Below are positions 9,072 to 18,289 of a stretch of 64,000 bases of DNA, piece by piece. This DNA comes from a virus. The stretch is from IMG/VR virus record IMGVR_UViG_3300045988_092366; one strand, given 5' to 3'. Position numbers and translations under genes: made by a program. Position 1 is the first letter of the stretch, and every line of letters begins with the position of its first letter. Under the pieces are notes generated by a model. It was not told the origin of the DNA, ran no database searches, and saw nothing but the letters and a program-made list of their open reading frames with translations.

Positions 9072-9457
9072 CGTTTAATTCCTACTGAAAAGGTAGGAAA
9101 AAGATCGCCCTGCCTAGCACAAACGCGCAGAAAAGTCAAGATATTTTGAAAAAAATCACAGAAAATCCATAGTTGGGTCGATTTTACACGATTAGGTACC
9201 TTATTGTCAAGATTTTTCAAGCAAAAACACAACTTTTACACAAAAAACTGAGCGCCTGAAACGCGTTTTAACGGCTTTGCGTTCCTAAGCACTTTTAGCT
9301 ATCGCGCCTTTTAGGGCTATCTCAGGGCCGCACACGCGAAAAAAATTAAGTTAGGTACCAAGCGACCAGAGCAAGTGTTACCCTCGGCTAACTCCGAATC
9401 ATTATGAGGTACCTAACTATTATTTGTGGAGATTCCGTGTTGGTTTTGTGAAGAGTC

Positions 9458-9486
9458 TTGACAGGCTGGAAAATCTATGGTATAAT
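9458..9486 (+). promoter_or_regulatory. Orphan consensus promoter TTGACA-17-TATAAT with no downstream ORF
   Basis: cTTGACAggctggaaaatctatggTATAATataat. The next ~200 nt are non-coding, with direct repeat cgcctatatggcga x2 and hairpin atccct...agggat. Confidence 0.55.
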
Positions 9487-9996
9487 ATAATAGAGGAGTA
9501 CTATACAATAATACCATATTTGGGACTGCCGCCGCCGTTGCGCCTATATGGCGAAAATATGTAGAAATGGGGGCCTGCCAGCCCAGCGCCCACAAAATCC
9601 TAAAACGAAAGTCAATCATAAAATTAAATAAAAAATCCCTCCCCGCCTATATGGCGAGAAGGGATAGAACTAGCGTCTACCAAGAGAACGTTCTAAAATG
9701 AATTTTAATCGTTTTTTGCGTACCCCTGTACGGTACAGGAAAAATAAATCTATTTGTCTTGATTCCTGCGGCCAGTAGAAATTCAAAGTCAATCGCCAAG
9801 GCGCGCTTGCGCGTCATAAAATAGGCTCACATAAACCAAGAGACAAAAGAAAAAACAGTGTGCGGCACATGCTTTTTGTAAGTGAAAATCAATGCGGAAA
9901 TGTAACTAATTTAGTCACATTTAAAAAGTGTTTTTTAATATATATTTTTATTAAAGTGTAAATTACACTTTCCTGCCCAGAAATTTTGGCCGCATC

Positions 9997-10368
9997 TTAT
10001 TTTGCCTTGGGCTTACGCTTGCATACCATAGACATCTCATACGTCTTGGAATTGAGAATGAATCGGATTTTACCATCATCGCCGACCTCGATGCCATGCG
10101 GGGAATCCTCCCAGTCACCGATGGTCATAGTAAGCTCTCCTAGTGCGTCCACAATGGAATTCATAATCAATCGCTTTTCAGACACTTTCTTCTCCTTCTT
10201 GTCTGTATCAGGTCTATATGCTGCGTCATACTCGATGCCATGCTCTAGCAGATAGAGGTTGGCCGCACTTGCTTTGAGAATTGCCTGCTGTCTCTTGGAC
10301 TCGATATACTCGTCAGGAATCTCTATGGTATGCTCGTTACCTTTCATATCATAGTAAGTGTACCGCAT
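9997..10368 (-). CDS. Hypothetical protein (123 aa)
   Basis: ORF at the left end of the minus-strand block. Confidence 0.5.
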   Translation of the reverse strand: MRYTYYDMKGNEHTIEIPDEYIESKRQQAILKASAANLYLLEHGIEYDAAYRPDTDKKEKKVSEKRLIMNSIVDALGELTMTIGDWEDSPHGIEVGDDGKIRFILNSKTYEMSMVCKRKPKAK

Positions 10369-10479
10369 ATGCTTACTTCCTTCTATCTCTTGGAATAGGC
10401 CGGGAGTCTCGTCAAATGGACTCCACGGCCCTTCTAATTAAAAACTCTAATAAGTAGACCCTACTTATTAAATATTTCG

Positions 10480-10809
10480 CTACAGAGCCTTGTACGTGAA
10501 GGTCTTGCTGTTCACTGCCACCTTCTCGGCACGACCGTCCTCAACGAGGAAACGCATGTTGGCCGCAACCTTGCGGGAGCTGACATCCTCGCCCATGTGC
10601 ATGGCTACAGCCTTGGAGGTCGCAGGCTCGTCAAAAGACTTGAGAGCTGCGTAAATCTCGTCAAGGAAAGCCTGCTTCTCTGCGGACTTCTCAGCGTCCT
10701 TGGCACGCTTACGCTCGATAGCCGCAAGCTGCTTATCACAGAATTCTACAACGTCTGCGTTGTCGGACATAGCGGACTTGATGGTGTTGTAAATCTCAAA
10801 CTGGGTCAT
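10480..10809 (-). CDS. Hypothetical protein (GC-richer), start trimmed to MTQFEIY
   Basis: ORF 10480..10836. Upstream is a conserved TATAAT plus TTAAAGAAAGGGAGG leader whose sequence includes the first annotated codons. Confidence 0.45.
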   Translation of the reverse strand: MTQFEIYNTIKSAMSDNADVVEFCDKQLAAIERKRAKDAEKSAEKQAFLDEIYAALKSFDEPATSKAVAMHMGEDVSSRKVAANMRFLVEDGRAEKVAVNSKTFTYKAL

Positions 10810-11026
10810 GCTAATCTTCTTTCTCTTGGAACCCACGGGAGGTTTCTTATCCCCTCCCTTTCTTTAATTATATTATACTATAAGTTTTTACTGGCCGCAA
10901 GAACTTTTTCAAGATGAATTTGGTTTTGAAAATGAAAACCGAAATGGAATTCAATTTCGTTTTAGAAATGAAATTCGTTTTTGTAATTGGAATCGAAAAT
11001 TAAAAGGGTTGGGCTGAATTTTTTTC

Positions 11027-11055
11027 TTGACATTGGTTTGCTGAACTGGTAAAAT
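11027..11055 (+). promoter_or_regulatory. Plus-strand promoter TTGACA-17-TAAAAT reading antisense into the 3' end of gene 11154..12005
   Basis: tcTTGACAttggtttgctgaactggTAAAATgcg; no plus-strand ORF downstream. Confidence 0.35.
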
Positions 11056-11153
11056 GCGCACTTCAATGAATTAAGTCATGTAATCATTTTTACACTTATA
11101 TGGACTTTCTTCACAGCTTTAACACTGTATACACAATGCTTATGTTGTCATTT

Positions 11154-12005
11154 TTAGTCTTCCAACATAGACTTCACTTTAAGTTCATTTGGCGACAACG
11201 AGAATAGAGCCTGTACAACGTCAGCATTTGCAGATTTTTTCGCCAAATGTTCAAGCCATGCGTCACCACATTCTTCACCAAGTTTTTTATAGTAGTCCTT
11301 GATTTCACTAAGAGTAACCAACTTGCACTCTTTATTATCAATATCAGCATACGCTTTTATTTCTTTCAACGTATTCTCAATAGATTCCTTCTGCGCACGT
11401 GCATAATCATTTACCCTGTAGAGTTCAGTATAAAGACCTTTCTTTCCCTTACGGTATACAGCTTTCCCCGCATACTCGATAAGACCTACATCCCTAAGCA
11501 CGATAAGGAACTCGTCTACTCGGCGAATATTCCTTGCGTTCTTGCAATATCCAAGAGCCTTCAAAATCTCAGTGCGGGAAAAGAAATAATTCTCACCACC
11601 CTTAAAGAATGCTTCATGAAGTTGATACCACCTTTTAAGATAGCAATATGTCTTGAAGCAATCTGCGCTTAACGCACTGAGACAGAATCTAACGGTATCC
11701 ACAGGGATAGTGACATACTGTCCTTCCACTGGCTGCACGATAACGTTCATACCATTTATCTTGATAACATCCAATGATTCAAAGCAACTCATGACATTTC
11801 TGATTTGATAGTTCGTCAAGCCTACACTTTTCAATCTGGCTCGGCTGTCCTTCATAGATAGAATTCTCGTATTGTCCTTCTCCAATCTAGTATCTAACAT
11901 TAGACTTCCCATAGCATTGTAGTCACAGTTTTTATTTTCCAATTTCTCTGGGTCTACGCTAAAACTCAACTTAGGTGCTTTGTGGCTTTCTTCTTTATCT
12001 GTCAT
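11154..12005 (-). CDS. Winged-helix-like protein, putative replication initiator or regulator, sitting beside iterons
   Basis: Start trimmed to MTDKEESHK (RBS AAGGAGA). The C-terminal region RTEILKALGYC...LIVLRDVGLIEYAGKAVYRKGKKGLYTELYRV looks winged-helix-like. Five iterons lie immediately upstream. Confidence 0.45.
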   Translation of the reverse strand: MTDKEESHKAPKLSFSVDPEKLENKNCDYNAMGSLMLDTRLEKDNTRILSMKDSRARLKSVGLTNYQIRNVMSCFESLDVIKINGMNVIVQPVEGQYVTIPVDTVRFCLSALSADCFKTYCYLKRWYQLHEAFFKGGENYFFSRTEILKALGYCKNARNIRRVDEFLIVLRDVGLIEYAGKAVYRKGKKGLYTELYRVNDYARAQKESIENTLKEIKAYADIDNKECKLVTLSEIKDYYKKLGEECGDAWLEHLAKKSANADVVQALFSLSPNELKVKSMLED

Positions 12006-12076
12006 ATTTCTCCTTTCTTGCATACGCGTGCATGACATATTATTTATTAAAATAATTTATTATATAATTTATTAGG

Positions 12077-12320
12077 GGTGTTCATTTTTTAACAGTTTTG
12101 AAGGGACTGGTGTTCATTTTTTAACTATTTTACCTTAACTGGTGTTCATTTTTTAACTTTCTAACCACTCCTTTCACTTCATTAAAAATTTAAGGTTAAA
12201 AAATAGTCACCAAAGTACCTGCGGAAATAGTAACTGGTGTTCATTTTTTAACCGTTTTGACACTGGTGTTCATTTTTTAATCGCTCCGAAAGTGAAAAAA
12301 TAGCCACCAAAATACCTGCG
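12077..12320. repeat. Iteron array: GGTGTTCATTTTTTAA x5 direct, plus two inverted related copies (gtYaaaaaatagYcaccaaaRtacctgcgg)
   Basis: Copies at 12077, 12109, 12141, 12236 and 12265; inverted-type copies at 12195 and 12291. Spacers are 12-14 nt, which rules out CRISPR. Confidence 0.75.
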
Positions 12321-12527
12321 GTTTTGTCATTTGCCAATCCGTCTTGTCCGTTCAAAATAATTTACCGCGCTATTGCGCCATTACTTAGTTAACACGCAAA
12401 AACGTATAAGCTAACTTCACACGAACATCAAAATGCTTCGCCGCACCTACAGTATAACATACTTTGTTTATTTTGTCAAGTAAAAGAAAAGACCCACGGC
12501 CATAGGCCGCAGGTCTTTTACTACGCA

Positions 12528-13064
12528 CTATTTAATTTTTTTATCCTTCTTTTGGATACAAATATATTCAGATACCCAGTCTTCATCATCAAGAGTACCC
12601 GTGTGAATCTTTAATGAATAACTCTCTTCTGCTTCTTGAAGAGCAGCTGTAAATGTTTGATAAGTCAAATAATCGCCGGCAATATAATCTAAATGCTCAA
12701 GAGGAATAACGCAAATATCCTTATCGCTGCAAACATAAACATAATGAACATACTCTGCTAGCAGATGTACAACTTTATAAGGTTCATTGACCAATTGAAT
12801 ACAGGTTTTATACATAGTATCAATTTCATCAATATCAAATGGCAAGCCCCAAGATACTACGATGATAGGCTTTTTATCGTCTTTTTGATACCAAGTGGAT
12901 TCAAAGCCCTTTTGCTGAAAATGTAAAACAACTGCATGACACTCTTGGAGAGTCATATCCTCATTTGCAACCCTTGTGACACAATTCTGATTATGCGGCT
13001 TATCCAAATTCTTATATATCTCTTGTGCCATATCATCAACAAAATTATGTATATTATTCATCAC
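12528..13064 (-). CDS. Hypothetical protein (178 aa)
   Basis: ORF with RBS GAAAGAG. Confidence 0.5.
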   Translation of the reverse strand: MMNNIHNFVDDMAQEIYKNLDKPHNQNCVTRVANEDMTLQECHAVVLHFQQKGFESTWYQKDDKKPIIVVSWGLPFDIDEIDTMYKTCIQLVNEPYKVVHLLAEYVHYVYVCSDKDICVIPLEHLDYIAGDYLTYQTFTAALQEAEESYSLKIHTGTLDDEDWVSEYICIQKKDKKIK

Positions 13065-13359
13065 TACGCTCTTTCATAGCTACAAAATATCCCCAAGTAT
13101 CCATTGTATACTTCCAGTTACTATTAACCTTTATACCACACAATTCTAACATATCAGGTATAGGCCAAAAATGCCTGCTGCCTAAAGGACACCAGACTTC
13201 ACGTTCAGGACATACATGCTTATGAAGTTCTTCTTTGCTGACAATAATAGCAGTTCCATATGGCACAGTTTCAAGCATGTCATACACATAATCCATAATT
13301 TTAAACTGCCAGTCAATCATAGCGTCTTTTCCTCTTGTATCGGAGAACAACGGATACAT
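13054..13359 (-). CDS. Hypothetical protein (101 aa)
   Basis: ORF with RBS AGGTAGGTGA. Confidence 0.5.
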   Translation of the reverse strand: MYPLFSDTRGKDAMIDWQFKIMDYVYDMLETVPYGTAIIVSKEELHKHVCPEREVWCPLGSRHFWPIPDMLELCGIKVNSNWKYTMDTWGYFVAMKERSDE

Positions 13360-13371
13360 ATTATCACCTAC

Positions 13372-13698
13372 CTACTGAAGTCCATCAATTGCATCAATGC
13401 TAGAAAGAATAGTCTTACCATCTTCCTTAACCATATGACAAGCAAAAGGATAATCAGAGAAATAGTTATCAGTTACAGGCAGATAGAGATAGTAATCATC
13501 CTCTTCATCTACGCCAGCGACCAAGACATCATCAATCAGGTCATACATAGTCGGCAGCTCAGTATCATTACACGTATCCCGATTGGTCGCAAGAATCTCA
13601 ACCCGATAACCCGCGCACTTATAAATATAATACGCCGCAGATGCCACGAAATCCAAAGTCCAATAGACGTTCTCATACTTCTCATTAGTCAACAGCAT
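13372..13698 (-). CDS. Hypothetical acidic protein (start trimmed to MLLTNEKY)
   Basis: RBS GGATTAGGAGTG lies before the second ATG. Confidence 0.45.
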   Translation of the reverse strand: MLLTNEKYENVYWTLDFVASAAYYIYKCAGYRVEILATNRDTCNDTELPTMYDLIDDVLVAGVDEEDDYYLYLPVTDNYFSDYPFACHMVKEDGKTILSSIDAIDGLQ

Positions 13699-13706
13699 AT
13701 GCACTC

Positions 13707-14036
13707 CTAATCCCAATCGTTGACAGTCCAATAGACGCTCAAATGACCGCCGGGCTTATTATCATACTCGTCAGCATCATGCCAATAGTAATCACAGACA
13801 CACAGACCAAGGTCCTCAAGAGTATTCTTGGCATCGAGCATTTCCTTCTCAGTCCCCTCGCAAACAACCCAATAGGCGCAACCAGCATAATAGTCCTTGC
13901 GCTCTTCAAGAAGCATATCGGCAGCAATGTTCACCAGAGGAGCAACTTCCTTCCAGAGCTTGCGGCCGTTGACAACCTCATATGCCGCGTCCAGAAGGCC
14001 GTCAACCTGTGCAAGAATCGTCTCAACCTTAGTCAT
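13707..14036 (-). CDS. Hypothetical protein (109 aa)
   Basis: RBS AAGGAGAAAG plus the conserved promoter-leader. Confidence 0.55.
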   Translation of the reverse strand: MTKVETILAQVDGLLDAAYEVVNGRKLWKEVAPLVNIAADMLLEERKDYYAGCAYWVVCEGTEKEMLDAKNTLEDLGLCVCDYYWHDADEYDNKPGGHLSVYWTVNDWD

Positions 14037-14128
14037 ATACTTTCTCCTTCTCTTGGAGGATTTTATCTTGTCCTCTCCCTTTCTCTATATATATTATATA
14101 ATAATATAGAGCAGACCGCAAGAACTTT

Positions 14129-14419
14129 TTATAGGTCAATTTCCTCCAGAGACAGATGAATACAATACTTGCCGCCAACTTTGGCATAACTAAGGCAATC
14201 CCAATGTGCTTTATAGCCAAAAGACGTGATAATGTAATTGATAGCCGCAATCACATAATCCATGTCACTCATGCAATTAGCAGGAATGTAGAAAAAATTA
14301 GGGCAATCTACATTCTCACGCATACGACAAATAACATCGACAGTCTTCGTGAGAATATTTTTATCCTTAATGCGAGCAAGAATAACATTAAGACGAAGGT
14401 TATCATATTTGTTGGTCAT
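14129..14419 (-). CDS. Hypothetical protein (96 aa)
   Basis: Conserved promoter-leader TATATAAT...AAAGAAAGGCAAGGAAAGGAA upstream. Confidence 0.55.
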   Translation of the reverse strand: MTNKYDNLRLNVILARIKDKNILTKTVDVICRMRENVDCPNFFYIPANCMSDMDYVIAAINYIITSFGYKAHWDCLSYAKVGGKYCIHLSLEEIDL

Positions 14420-14505
14420 TTGAATTCCTTTCCTTGCCTTTCTTTAATAATATTATATAACATTATTAAACAGACTGCAAGAAAAATCTTATGCGGCCAA
14501 TGGCC

Positions 14506-14730
14506 TTATTCTTTCTTTTCTTGGATTACCTCACGCACAAGAAACACAGTTTCCCTTGCCGCATACAGAATCATACAGATACCAACGATAAAACCAATAA
14601 CACATAGGACAGTGAAAATAAGCAGACTCATAGGAGAACTACCAATCAATGTCGCCAGTGTCATTATCATGTCCCCAACAGGAGAATATAAAAGACAAGA
14701 CAGCGCATACTCCAACGATTGAACAAACAA
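14506..14730 (-). CDS. Small membrane protein (TTG start, or internal ATG at MIMTLATL)
   Basis: Two hydrophobic stretches; AGGAG lies 9 nt before the TTG. Confidence 0.4.
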   Translation of the reverse strand: MFVQSLEYALSCLLYSPVGDMIMTLATLIGSSPMSLLIFTVLCVIGFIVGICMILYAARETVFLVREVIQEKKE

Positions 14731-14762
14731 GACAGACAGCTCCTAACACTTCATCAATCATA

Positions 14763-14924
14763 ATCTTCATTATCCCATGCATCAATTACATTGCCGAGCC
14801 AATCATAGAAAGTTTCGCCGCTACCGCTTTCAATCTTATTAACATAATCAGCAATATTATCTGTATCGTCAGTAGCACCAAGGGCATCTAAAATATCATC
14901 ATAGATATAATCCATATAACCTCC
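14763..14924 (-). CDS. Small acidic protein (53 aa), below the ORF-track cutoff
   Basis: Hand translation gives MDYIYDDILDALGATDDTDNIADYVNKIESGSGETFYDWLGNVIDAWDNEDYD with a GGAGG RBS. Confidence 0.45.
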
Positions 14925-14972
14925 AATAGCAAAAAGGAGAATAGATTTCTCTACTCTCCTTGTGCGGCCAAT

Positions 14973-15695
14973 CTAGTCTTCAAAATTCATTTCTTTTCGT
15001 TCTTGGCGCTCATAGTTTTGGCCGTCCTCGAAGCCTTCATCGTAACCATCTTCACGACCTTCATAGTAGCCATCTTCACGACCATCTGCATAGCCAGTAT
15101 CGTAACCATCTTGCCAACTGGTGACTTTATCGTTGTGTACATCGGTACAATATGTTTTCAAAACTTTGTTATATGCGCCAGCAGTCTGAAAATAATGTTT
15201 GGCAACACACGCATTAAAACCTGCGGACTCACTCCACACGTCGTTCTCAGCACACTTGGAACGAGTAACCTTACCGTCACGCCACCACACGATAGTCCAA
15301 GGATTATCGTACTTGACGCGCTTAATCATATTAACCGAATTTTGATTAAACTTGCGGCTAATCTCTTCCTCGTGCTTTTGCTTCTTCTTAGCTAGCTTCT
15401 CATAGCCCTCGATAAGTGCAGGATAGAGGAATTCAATCAAATCATCATCAAGTTCCATATCCACGATATTGTCTGCAAAATCAGTACCATAGTGAAACTT
15501 AGCAAGGAACTTAGAATTCAAAGCAGCAAGCTGATGTGCGGCACGTGCAATCTCAGCGGTCTTAACATCTGAATGGGTCACAACATCGCTCCTATAAAAT
15601 GCAGCATCGGGATTCTTTACCCTCTCAACACCAATCACACTAGTTCTCCTTACCAAAATCCTTTTGGACTTGCTCAAAATACTTATAAAGGTCAT
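14973..15695 (-). CDS. Hypothetical protein (240 aa) with C-terminal repeats DGYDTGYADGREDGYYEGREDGYDEGFEDG
   Basis: ORF; overlaps the upstream gene by 56 nt. Confidence 0.5.
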   Translation of the reverse strand: MTFISILSKSKRILVRRTSVIGVERVKNPDAAFYRSDVVTHSDVKTAEIARAAHQLAALNSKFLAKFHYGTDFADNIVDMELDDDLIEFLYPALIEGYEKLAKKKQKHEEEISRKFNQNSVNMIKRVKYDNPWTIVWWRDGKVTRSKCAENDVWSESAGFNACVAKHYFQTAGAYNKVLKTYCTDVHNDKVTSWQDGYDTGYADGREDGYYEGREDGYDEGFEDGQNYERQERKEMNFED

Positions 15696-16086
15696 CGTTC
15701 AGCTCACACAGCATTGCGATACGAATCCACGTATCGAACTTAGTGATACCTTCCTGACCATGCCCCATGAACTCATACCAAGGCACCTCGTCACCGTACT
15801 GGTCTTCGAGCAGCTCACGAATATCCTCGTCAGCGAACATATTCGCAATCATCTCATAATCAGGCGAATATGTCACAAGGAAACAATCAGGATGTCCCGC
15901 GGACGAAGCATTGCCAGTTACATCATCTGAAAAATACAAATCATCAAAAACTTCATCGCTCCAGTCGGTATTGGCATTATACGTGCCGTCCTCGAAGTTT
16001 GCAACGATGAAATTCTTCGCATCGTCCTCGACCATATTCTTGAAAGAAAGATAAATCACACCCATTTTAATTCCTCTCTTGGACAA
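15640..16086 (-). CDS. Hypothetical acidic protein (148 aa)
   Basis: ORF with AAGAGAGGAA RBS. Confidence 0.5.
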   Translation of the reverse strand: MSKRGIKMGVIYLSFKNMVEDDAKNFIVANFEDGTYNANTDWSDEVFDDLYFSDDVTGNASSAGHPDCFLVTYSPDYEMIANMFADEDIRELLEDQYGDEVPWYEFMGHGQEGITKFDTWIRIAMLCELNDDLYKYFEQVQKDFGKEN

Positions 16087-16120
16087 ACTGATATATCAGA
16101 AGGTAAACTAACACATTAGA

Positions 16121-16321
16121 TTAAAGGCTCTGAATGCTGCCGACATAGCCCTCATAGACAAGATGATGCTCACGAAGGTTCTTGGCGGCAACCTCGGCCA
16201 TGATGCGGTCAAGCTGCTCAAGGCTCTTGAACACGCACTCAGTATACTCGATGCCGCAGAAGCGACCATCACCCTCGTAGAACTTGTTGAAGATGATGTT
16301 AGCCTTCATGTACTTAGCCAT
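16121..16321 (-). CDS. Hypothetical protein (66 aa)
   Basis: Conserved promoter-leader upstream. Confidence 0.5.
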   Translation of the reverse strand: MAKYMKANIIFNKFYEGDGRFCGIEYTECVFKSLEQLDRIMAEVAAKNLREHHLVYEGYVGSIQSL

Positions 16322-16400
16322 ATTGGAGAACCTTTCTTCCTTGCCTTTCTTTAATTATATTATATAACAATTTCAAACAGAACGCAAGAACTTTTTTGGA

Positions 16401-16724
16401 CTAATGACGCATAATAGGATAGAATAACCGTTGATAAAGTATTTGACCGCAATCTTGCCACCACTTTTCACGGTCTGCTGGAATATATACAGTGACCATA
16501 ATATCGCAAAGTTCCCAATAAGGTTTTATGGGTTCAACGCTACAATATGCAAAAAAACGATATTTATTTAATAAATCAATCGCTTTCTTAATGTTTTTAC
16601 GAGTGCGTTTATCACAGCCTTTATAAACTGAACACCACTCAAATTGAGTCGGCGGCATAAAAATTGTCTTTTTAAGGAAATATTTAAAAAAGACATTGGT
16701 TTCGCAATGGGTCAAAATATTCAT
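16401..16724 (-). CDS. Hypothetical protein (107 aa)
   Basis: ORF in the tiling path. Confidence 0.45.
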   Translation of the reverse strand: MNILTHCETNVFFKYFLKKTIFMPPTQFEWCSVYKGCDKRTRKNIKKAIDLLNKYRFFAYCSVEPIKPYWELCDIMVTVYIPADREKWWQDCGQILYQRLFYPIMRH

Positions 16725-16731
16725 ATTACCT

Positions 16732-17010
16732 CTAATAATAATAACAAACAGTCACTTCTACTTCCTCAGTACCATCGCAATGATGTGCAGATTTAATGCC
16801 AATTTTATATCCAGCTTCGGCATACTTAGCAAGGACTTTAATATCGGCTTCGCTCAAATATAGAAGATAAAGGGTACAATACGTAGTATTATCATAGGCG
16901 CTGTACTTTAAAGCTGTGTCAATCATAGTCTCAAGACTGGTATGTTCGTTTGCATGAGAAGGATTATTATGAATGTATTCGCGCTTAAATTCTAAAGGTT
17001 GAATCATCAA
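16732..17010 (-). CDS. Hypothetical protein (92 aa)
   Basis: ORF in the tiling path. Confidence 0.45.
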   Translation of the reverse strand: MMIQPLEFKREYIHNNPSHANEHTSLETMIDTALKYSAYDNTTYCTLYLLYLSEADIKVLAKYAEAGYKIGIKSAHHCDGTEEVEVTVCYYY

Positions 17011-17012
17011 TT

Positions 17013-17282
17013 CTACTTTCCATTGTTAAACCGATAAGAAAACGAAGCTGCGAGCTTTGTTTTGTCGCCATAAGAACGCGGTTCGATAGTAACTTCGTAG
17101 CCGGCATTTATATATTTTGTTAAAAGTTTCATCTTTTCAGCAGAGATTTCTTGAAAAACGTAAGTAAAGTTGCAGGAATCAGTTACACGATTATATGTTA
17201 ATCCATCATCAATATGACGCTCAAGGCTCATACCAAAATCTTCATTAAGCTGCCTATCTTTAACTTCATAGGGTGAAATCAC
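17013..17282 (-). CDS. Hypothetical protein (89 aa)
   Basis: ORF in the tiling path. Confidence 0.45.
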   Translation of the reverse strand: MISPYEVKDRQLNEDFGMSLERHIDDGLTYNRVTDSCNFTYVFQEISAEKMKLLTKYINAGYEVTIEPRSYGDKTKLAASFSYRFNNGK

Positions 17283-17291
17283 ATTTACTCC

Positions 17292-17450
17292 TTAATAAGA
17301 CAAAAGTTCCCAAGTATTGACCAGAAATGCTTCGTTCGTATCGACTGCATACAGAAGGACATGACCATCGCCATAAATTTCTTCAATCTGGCAGATGATA
17401 AACTTGCGAGTATAAGGGTTAAGATACTGTACATAATCGTTGCGCTTCAT
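17292..17450 (-). CDS. Small protein (52 aa), below the ORF-track cutoff
   Basis: Hand translation gives MKRNDYVQYLNPYTRKFIICQIEEIYGDGHVLLYAVDTNEAFLVNTWELLSY; RBS GGAAAG and conserved promoter upstream. Confidence 0.45.
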   Translation of the reverse strand: MKRNDYVQYLNPYTRKFIICQIEEIYGDGHVLLYAVDTNEAFLVNTWELLSY

Positions 17451-17530
17451 ATACTTTCCTTTCCCTCTTGGTATACTTATATTATATACTATTATTTCAC
17501 CATCTGCAAGAAAAATTTTAGATGTGCGGC

Positions 17531-17707
17531 TTAAAGATTACTCATATAATATAGATTATCTACCAAAAGACGAAAATAACGTCCAAGCATATCATCAGAT
17601 AGGATATATCTGCTAGGCGGCACACTAATTTCAGGACGTATATTGGCAAACCCATCTGTATTCTCAAATGAAATATGTATAGTACCAGTAGTAGGATACG
17701 TATACAT
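17531..17707 (-). CDS. Hypothetical protein (start ambiguous: TTG at 17752 or ATG at 17707)
   Basis: The conserved CCAAGAGAAA leader sequence sits inside the annotated N-terminus, which favours the later start. Confidence 0.35.
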   Translation of the reverse strand: MYTYPTTGTIHISFENTDGFANIRPEISVPPSRYILSDDMLGRYFRLLVDNLYYMSNL

Positions 17708-17888
17708 AAAAAATACACAACGACCTAATTTCTCTTGGCTACATTTAGACAAAACGTCAAAATGACAACACTCAGAGCCAGCATCATTATAAAATTTTAC
17801 ATGTCCAACAGTTCATTTGGAAGTTCTCCTATCAAGAGAACAATCTTTCAAAGCGTTATAGATTTTCTCAAGAATCTTCATATCTCTC

Positions 17889-18287
17889 CTAATAACAACG
17901 CATCAAAGTATCAACTTCAGTTATAAAGCTATAAACGTATTGACCAATAGAGTCCCAGTCATTGCCGCCGTGATACGGAATAACAAACCTAGCTGTTGAA
18001 TCGCCTAAATGACGATTATACTCCCAAATTGAAAAGTCTAGTTTGTGCTGCTTTTCCAAATTATGGTCAGTTGTCACTAAATCATCTACAGACACGCAGC
18101 CTTTAAGTGATTCATCATCAAGCCAAACCATATTGAAAAATACTTTGCTTGGATTAAGTTCATTTACAGAAATACATGCGGGTTTCCAATCAAAATGACA
18201 AAGAGGACGCTCGCGGTATGCTTGCTCAACCTTGGCGGAGTATTCAGTCAAGCTCTTAACAATTTCATCAGTTAGATAATAACTCAT
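17889..18287 (-). CDS. Hypothetical protein (132 aa)
   Basis: ORF in the tiling path. Confidence 0.5.
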   Translation of the reverse strand: MSYYLTDEIVKSLTEYSAKVEQAYRERPLCHFDWKPACISVNELNPSKVFFNMVWLDDESLKGCVSVDDLVTTDHNLEKQHKLDFSIWEYNRHLGDSTARFVIPYHGGNDWDSIGQYVYSFITEVDTLMRCY

Positions 18288-18289
18288 GA

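Noticed and set aside
12077-12320. Direct repeats that might be taken for a CRISPR array
   Set aside because: Spacers are only 12-14 nt, repeat spacing is irregular (one gap of about 80 nt), inverted variants are present, and the array sits on a gene promoter. Iterons or operators fit better.
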